Virus record (IMG/VR): IMGVR_UViG_3300024264_000015
Coordinates: 1-64,000 of that record
Direction: 5' to 3' (one strand)
DNA length: 64,000 nucleotides
Source: a virus
Shown piece after piece: positions 58,716 through 64,000 of this stretch. The translations under genes and the position numbers were made by a program. How positions within the stretch are numbered: position 1 is the first letter of the stretch; every line of letters starts with the position of its first letter. Under the pieces are notes generated by a model that was not told the origin of the DNA, ran no database searches, and saw only the letters and a list, made by a program, of their open reading frames with translations.

Positions 58716-59053
58716 TATCTTGTTACATTTGGTGTAACTCTTGCTACACCCTCGATTAATCTAGTCATGCTTGAGGCTGATGAATTGAATAATTCTAAAT
58801 CATAGTAATACTTTCCTGCCGCAACGTTTGCTGTTACAGTATAAGGCAAAGCCATTTTTATAGTTCCATTGGCGGAGTCTATAACTGTACAGGTAAATGT
58901 TGCTGAGAGAGTATTTGAAGTAGGAGTAGGTCTTAATTGTGCAGTTGCGGTGTGATTTGATAAGTTTATTGGTTCGCCATCTTGGGCAAGACTGAGCGAC
59001 AAAGCGAAATCTGCGCCCTGGTCGATAACTATATCATATTTTCCTGCTGCCAT
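58715..59053 (-). CDS. Ig-like tail/baseplate accessory protein
   Basis: DIVIDQGADF..GKYYYDLE..RLIEG..V.P.VTR. Confidence 0.65.
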   Translation of the reverse strand: MAAGKYDIVIDQGADFALSLSLAQDGEPINLSNHTATAQLRPTPTSNTLSATFTCTVIDSANGTIKMALPYTVTANVAAGKYYYDLELFNSSASSMTRLIEGVARVTPNVTR

Positions 59054-59074
59054 ATTTGTACTCCTATATGCTAA

Positions 59075-59113
59075 ATTATATCAAAAACTTGAGGTGGTGT
59101 CAAGAACTATTTT
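59075..59113 (-). promoter_or_regulatory. internal sigma70 promoter heading the fibre + glycosyltransferase unit
   Basis: - strand aaaatagttcTTGACA(59098-59103)-17-TATAAT(59075-59080). Confidence 0.88.
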
Positions 59114-59132
59114 TGAGGGGTATATGCTTAAC

Positions 59133-59318
59133 CTACGAGTTTGGGAATTTATCTTTGACGGCCTTTCTAGCTAGATAAAATTGTCCAGTTTTTGCTGCGT
59201 CACCAAACTTGCCATCATCTATATCGTGGTATAGTAAATCCAATTGCTCTCTTAGCATTGTATAGTATTTTGCTCTTTGTTGTGCTGGAGTGTCCCCTTT
59301 ACTTAAATTTATATTCAT
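59133..59318 (-). CDS. small tail-associated protein
   Basis: EQLDLLYHDID..AVKDKFP. Confidence 0.65.
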   Translation of the reverse strand: MNINLSKGDTPAQQRAKYYTMLREQLDLLYHDIDDGKFGDAAKTGQFYLARKAVKDKFPNS

Positions 59319-59734
59319 TGTCCGTACCTCTTTACATTTACTGTTGTTCCACTATGTTGTTTATAATGGAGTTTTTTAAATTTTATTACGTATTGCCCTG
59401 GTTCTTGTATTGTTAATGTTAGGGTAGTATCTGACATAACTCCCATAGATTCGCCATCTTTAAATACTTCTGTACCTACTGGAACTCCAGTTACATTAAC
59501 TACTTCGTCTATTGCAGGTGTAGTTGTAGAAAAAGTAAAATCAAATATTGATTTCTCTACTAAAGCAGTTGCGTCACTATTTAAATGAAAATCACCATCG
59601 GGTAAATTTTCAGATTCTAAGGCAACGTGACTGTTTCCTAAATCTGATTGTGCACTTTTTATTGCATCATTTATTAGTCCTGTAGTAGACCACACTATTT
59701 CTTTATTACTATTATAAAATATATTATATATCAT
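59315..59734 (-). CDS. tail-associated hypothetical protein
   Basis: ATGA overlap start at 59734. Confidence 0.65.
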   Translation of the reverse strand: MIYNIFYNSNKEIVWSTTGLINDAIKSAQSDLGNSHVALESENLPDGDFHLNSDATALVEKSIFDFTFSTTTPAIDEVVNVTGVPVGTEVFKDGESMGVMSDTTLTLTIQEPGQYVIKFKKLHYKQHSGTTVNVKRYGQ

Positions 59735-60351
59735 AAACTTTCTCCGTTTAAAAAATTCTCTGCTGTAAATATTATACAACTCCAAAAATAACGAGCATTA
59801 GTATTAACAGAACCAGCTGACATAAACCCAGTACCTGCATTTGGGTTAAAATCATCATCATGATACTGGCCCACGCTGTTGTGTAATACTATAGTGTTAT
59901 TTGTTGTGCTACTTACTTGTAATCCGCTATACGCCCCCATACCTGGAAATACTACTTCATCTCCATCTTCGTCTCCTTCTTCAGTACGCTCACTCAAATC
60001 AATATTATAACTAAAAGGAGGGTAAGTTTCAGTTGCTACTCCACTGCTGATTTGATTAAAAGTACACCATCTGACTGCAAAACAAGGTACATAACCTAAA
60101 TTATGTGTTATTGTAGTTGTATGTTGATTATAAGTAACATTATTATAAGTAAAACTAATTTGTGTTCCGTTATATGTTTGAACATTTGGGACTAATATTC
60201 CTTGTGAAGCAGAATGTACAATAAGACTTTCTGCAGCTCTTGAATCAAATCCTAAAGGTTGATTAGAATTTGTTACATCTTGTCCTGCCCTAGAAACAAA
60301 TAGACCATAATCTGTACTTCCTCTTTTTCCTAATAATACTCTATTTGCCAT
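59731..60351 (-). CDS. tail protein, MANR-paralogue 3
   Basis: MANRVLLG..YGLFVSRAGQDVT. Confidence 0.65.
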   Translation of the reverse strand: MANRVLLGKRGSTDYGLFVSRAGQDVTNSNQPLGFDSRAAESLIVHSASQGILVPNVQTYNGTQISFTYNNVTYNQHTTTITHNLGYVPCFAVRWCTFNQISSGVATETYPPFSYNIDLSERTEEGDEDGDEVVFPGMGAYSGLQVSSTTNNTIVLHNSVGQYHDDDFNPNAGTGFMSAGSVNTNARYFWSCIIFTAENFLNGESL

Positions 60352-60833
60352 TAGAATATCGCCAAGTTTGAGTATCTAGGTACTACAAATGATTTTACAT
60401 TTACAGATAGAGTTCCTGTATTTTCTATGCTTATTGTTTCTAAAGACTCACTTACACTGAAATCATACGATAGTGCACCAGATGCAGAACTATATGTTGT
60501 TGGGGCTAAAAGTCCGAAACCTATAAAACCAAAATCAATTCCAAAATCTATACTACTTAAATCTAAAGTTGCTGTACTTCCTGCACTAACAGTAGTGGTG
60601 ACTGTAGTAGTGGTTCCTCCTCCTACTACAGGTATAGGAGCAAGTTGGTACATAGATATTATTCTTCCTAAACTAGTTCCTACCCCGTTGTCAGTATTAA
60701 ATATTAATTCATCTGCCGTACAAGTGGTTACATCTTTCCCAGGTCTTGATATGTATAATCCATACCCAGGACTTCCAGCACTATGTCCGTGATTGCTATT
60801 TATATTTTTTCCTAATATTAATCTATTTGCCAT
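60351..60833 (-). CDS. tail protein, MANR-paralogue 2
   Basis: MANRLILG..YGLYISRPGKDVT. Confidence 0.65.
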   Translation of the reverse strand: MANRLILGKNINSNHGHSAGSPGYGLYISRPGKDVTTCTADELIFNTDNGVGTSLGRIISMYQLAPIPVVGGGTTTTVTTTVSAGSTATLDLSSIDFGIDFGFIGFGLLAPTTYSSASGALSYDFSVSESLETISIENTGTLSVNVKSFVVPRYSNLAIF

Positions 60834-60835
60834 AA

Positions 60836-61738
60836 TTATCCAAAGTAAGTGCTTGTCATATATCCATAAGCACAGGGTATTCTTAATACAAAGAAACTTG
60901 CATTAATCATTTCTGTTTGTTGTGGTATCTCTGCATTATTATAAGTATAATTTCTTCCAATAGAAACAGGAGCTCCTACGTCAGTACCATTTGCACCTTG
61001 AGAAGTTGGACTATCTGCAGCAGCTTCTACTGGGTACATTGTACTAGAAGTTGTTTTAAATAAACTTAGTCTATTTACAGATTCATATATTTCTTCTTCT
61101 TCCTCTTCACCTTCGTAGCCTCCTCCGTGTTGTTCTGATAAAACTATTAAAGGTACATACCCTAAACTCGGCTTTATTGTCCCCGAACCAGTTAGAAAAT
61201 TTACTCCAGTAGAAGATAGCTCTGGATAATCATAAGTTCCTCCAGCTATTCCTATAAATGTTTCTAGAGAATTGGATGCAGGATAACTTATTACCATATC
61301 AGAGGTTGTTTTCATAAGTGTTAATCTATGGTCGACACTAGAAAGATTGCTTGTAAGAGCTGTTACTCCTGATATACTTGCAGCATTAATATCTGCTTTC
61401 ATATTGTCTACAGTAGTAAAAGTGACACCAGACGATGTTGTTGTTGTGCTAAGAGTTACTGTTGTTCCATCTATTATTATTTTCTTTCCTGTTAAATTTA
61501 CTGGGTTAGTAAATGCTGTACCAAATCTATTGACTGAGCCTCTTACATATGCTTCTTGGTCTGCTGAGTAGTCTACAAAATTTAATCCTGCACCTCCTGC
61601 ATATATTTGTCCTGTTCTATTTTTTGTGGAGTCAAAAATCATATCTTTATCTGCTCCAGTAGTAACGTCAGTACCTGCTCTAGATACTTTTAATCCATAG
61701 GTGCTTCCTATGTCTCCTAATAATACTCTATTTGCCAT
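60836..61738 (-). CDS. tail protein, MANR-paralogue 1
   Basis: MANRVLLG..YGLKVSRAGTDVT. Confidence 0.65.
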   Translation of the reverse strand: MANRVLLGDIGSTYGLKVSRAGTDVTTGADKDMIFDSTKNRTGQIYAGGAGLNFVDYSADQEAYVRGSVNRFGTAFTNPVNLTGKKIIIDGTTVTLSTTTTSSGVTFTTVDNMKADINAASISGVTALTSNLSSVDHRLTLMKTTSDMVISYPASNSLETFIGIAGGTYDYPELSSTGVNFLTGSGTIKPSLGYVPLIVLSEQHGGGYEGEEEEEEIYESVNRLSLFKTTSSTMYPVEAAADSPTSQGANGTDVGAPVSIGRNYTYNNAEIPQQTEMINASFFVLRIPCAYGYMTSTYFG

Positions 61739-63999
61739 TAGTCTGTAATTAAAATCCTCCCATTTGTTCCGTCTATTGTTATATTTCCTACTACTATGCT
61801 TCCTCCAGAAGCAACACTCATACTTGAAGTTACGTTTCCTGATGAATTTATAGCAGTGCCATTGTGTGTGGCTTTTCGTACACTTGCTACATTTATACCA
61901 CTTGAATCTGATGTTATTTGAGCATCCGCTGCTGTTAGTGTTATATCATTATTTGAGCCATTATTTAATCTTAAAAGCCCTGTACTTGGTCTGCTAAAAC
62001 TAATTTGGTCATTTTTTAATGCGCTTGGAGCTCCTGCGCTTTGTATAACAGTAGTTCCTTTCTTAATTCTAACTGTAGTTCCACTATAGTCAATATCTAA
62101 ATCACTGTTTCTTACGTCAACGTCACTCAATACAGTACCATTAGCTTGTTTAAGGTTAGTACCTGCTATAGCTCCTACTGTAGCTCCACTAGCTGGTAGT
62201 GTACTAAATACTTTACCACTTCCTGATATATCTGAAGATACAATACTAGCATTCTTTAAAGCATCAGGAGCTCCTGCGCTTTGTATAACAGTAGTTCCTT
62301 TCTTAATTCTAACTGTAGTTCCACTATAGTCAATATCTAAATCACTGTTTCTTACGTCAACGTCACTCAATACAGTACCATTAGCTTGTTTAAGGTTAGT
62401 ACCTGCTATAGCTCCTACTGTAGCTCCACTAGCTGGTAGCGTACTAAATACTTTACCACTTCCTGATAAATTGGTAGATATTATTTTATCATTTGAAAGT
62501 ACTACACTATTAAATGCGGAACTTGCTCCTGTTATTTTTCCATTACTATCTATACTAATACCGTCATTTTTTACAGCACCTTGTGAAGCTCCGTCAATAA
62601 ATAAATTATTACCTGTTACTGCTGTTTCATTTGCGTTGTTTGATACTCCTGATAAATTTATTAAACTTTGGGTTAAACCTCCAGTACTACCATTTGTTAT
62701 TGTTGTACTTCCAAATTTTATTTTTAAAGAAGTTCCATCTTGGAAAAGATTTAATTGTTCGTTACTTATTTTGTCAGGTATATTACTCTCAGAAAATTGT
62801 TTTACGTCATCTACATTAGTAAGTCCAACGTCTGCTTTTCCAAGTCCAACATCAGTATTTGCTCCTGTATTTGTAAGTCTAATTTGTCCGTTTACTTTAC
62901 TTAAAACGATTTCGTCATTTCTGTATTTATCAGTAATTACAGCTTCTTTATAAGTTATAGAATTATCGGGTCTAAATTTAATTTTATTATTAGTATCATC
63001 TATAACAATATCTATGTTATCTGGGTCAAAGATTTCCCACTTACCTCCTGCTGGTCTAACAGGGCCTGAAGTAATTGTTAAGCCAGTTGTACTGTCAAAA
63101 GTAGCCTCTTTTACTGTAAAAGTTGCATGGGCAAAAGGAACTACTCCTAAAGTCTGTGACCATCCGCTTGTAAGTCCTGATAAAGTTTTTGTTGTAAAAT
63201 TAAAGCCTGTTGCAGTTGGAGCGCTTGGTAAAGCACCATATGCCCAAGCATCGTAAAATACTTGTACTGTTTCTGTTCTTGGTTGTTGTGCTTCTGACTG
63301 TATTGCTGGTGTTGACCATTCGCCTGTTGCAACAACATCTGTTGCTGTGTTTGAGGTTGCAGTTGCAGAACAACTCCATAAATATTGAGCTGTACCTGTC
63401 GGTACTTCATTTAATGACCATCCATCTAAGTCTGCTGTGTTTGTTACTGAAGAACTAGCGAATGTATATGTTACATTTCCATTTGGTACTGCCGGTGCAG
63501 AACTTCCACTAGTACTTCTTTTATAAAGTGTTAGAGTTGCTGTATTATTACCATCTGTACCATTTGAACCTTCTATTCTTGTAGGTTCTTGCCATGTAGT
63601 TTTGAATCCATAATTTCCGCTTACTATACTAAACTGTGTTGTTCCTTTGGATACCCATATTGGATTACTACCTGAAGGTACATCTCCTATATCATTATAC
63701 CAGTTAGTTGGTATAACAGGAAAGTTTGTTATAGCAGGCGCATTTGGTTGAGTTGCACCTCTTTGAAATATAAACTCTACCTGATTTTGTGGACTCTTAG
63801 AATTACCTGGTGCAGACCAGGATAAACTTCCAGAAGTATTAGCTGTTGAACTTTCTGTAGCAAGAGCTTCTGATGTCCAATAAATTGCCCCCTCTGCATC
63901 TTCGGGTATTGCTTGTTGCCATCCTGAAGATATACTTGCTATGACTCCATTACCAAAATAATATACTCCAGAACTAGGAGCTGTTGGTAGTGTAAATGA
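61738..63999 (-). CDS. C-terminal part of a large tail (central fibre/tip-like) protein; start beyond window
   Basis: Same frame reads as S/T/G-rich protein near the window end (SFTLPTAPSSGVYYFG...) and around 62370-62550; ends ITIDGTNGRILITD; ORF track caught only an internal TTG. Confidence 0.75.
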   Translation of the reverse strand, partial: SFTLPTAPSSGVYYFGNGVIASISSGWQQAIPEDAEGAIYWTSEALATESSTANTSGSLSWSAPGNSKSPQNQVEFIFQRGATQPNAPAITNFPVIPTNWYNDIGDVPSGSNPIWVSKGTTQFSIVSGNYGFKTTWQEPTRIEGSNGTDGNNTATLTLYKRSTSGSSAPAVPNGNVTYTFASSSVTNTADLDGWSLNEVPTGTAQYLWSCSATATSNTATDVVATGEWSTPAIQSEAQQPRTETVQVFYDAWAYGALPSAPTATGFNFTTKTLSGLTSGWSQTLGVVPFAHATFTVKEATFDSTTGLTITSGPVRPAGGKWEIFDPDNIDIVIDDTNNKIKFRPDNSITYKEAVITDKYRNDEIVLSKVNGQIRLTNTGANTDVGLGKADVGLTNVDDVKQFSESNIPDKISNEQLNLFQDGTSLKIKFGSTTITNGSTGGLTQSLINLSGVSNNANETAVTGNNLFIDGASQGAVKNDGISIDSNGKITGASSAFNSVVLSNDKIISTNLSGSGKVFSTLPASGATVGAIAGTNLKQANGTVLSDVDVRNSDLDIDYSGTTVRIKKGTTVIQSAGAPDALKNASIVSSDISGSGKVFSTLPASGATVGAIAGTNLKQANGTVLSDVDVRNSDLDIDYSGTTVRIKKGTTVIQSAGAPSALKNDQISFSRPSTGLLRLNNGSNNDITLTAADAQITSDSSGINVASVRKATHNGTAINSSGNVTSSMSVASGGSIVVGNITIDGTNGRILITD
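62027..62468. repeat. 202-bp direct repeat, period 240 bp, 1 mismatch
   Basis: 62027-62228 equals 62267-62468 except 62200 t vs 62440 c. Confidence 0.92.
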
Positions 64000-64000
64000 G

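Noticed and set aside
62027-62468. Diversity-generating retroelement TR/VR pair
   Set aside because: Only one mismatch, both copies in frame in one gene, no reverse transcriptase in the window
52615-63458. + strand ORFs across the tail module
   Set aside because: Antisense to long coherent - strand genes
1-64000. tRNA genes, introns/inteins, stop-codon recoding, integrase
   Set aside because: No cloverleaf noticed; pol, nrdA, nrdB and helicases are uninterrupted and of ordinary length; genes end normally at TAA, TAG and TGA; no recombinase motif seen

Overview
AT-rich 64-kb segment of a lytic, T5-like (Demerecviridae-type) tailed phage. The host is probably Gram-negative (spanins, sigma70 promoters) and the gene content looks aquatic or marine, both by inference. 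The + strand (to ~46.6 kb) carries small early genes, Hsp20, a lysis cassette and the T5 replication module in T5 order: D2, D3, PC4-like, split NAD ligase, D5, DnaB, primase, PolA, D10-D15, then nrdAB. It is interspersed with many glycan-modifying enzymes and 2OG-Fe(II) oxygenases. A short - strand operon encodes ribosomal protein bS21. The - strand from the window end to 46.6 kb is the tail/fibre module. The standout is a 1138-aa Thr-rich protein (48602-52018) whose two halves are residue-by-residue complementary in antiparallel register (i+j=1155; F/Y opposite R/Q/K over ~480 positions). It is predicted to form one giant beta-hairpin ribbon with a unique tip, and it lies directly upstream of glycosyltransferase-like genes, suggesting a glycosylated virion appendage system. 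Other signals: apparent complete GATC avoidance, several leaderless mRNAs, a candidate structured ncRNA with its own promoter and a candidate RNA thermometer. All assignments are by eye from motifs and synteny; no searches were run.
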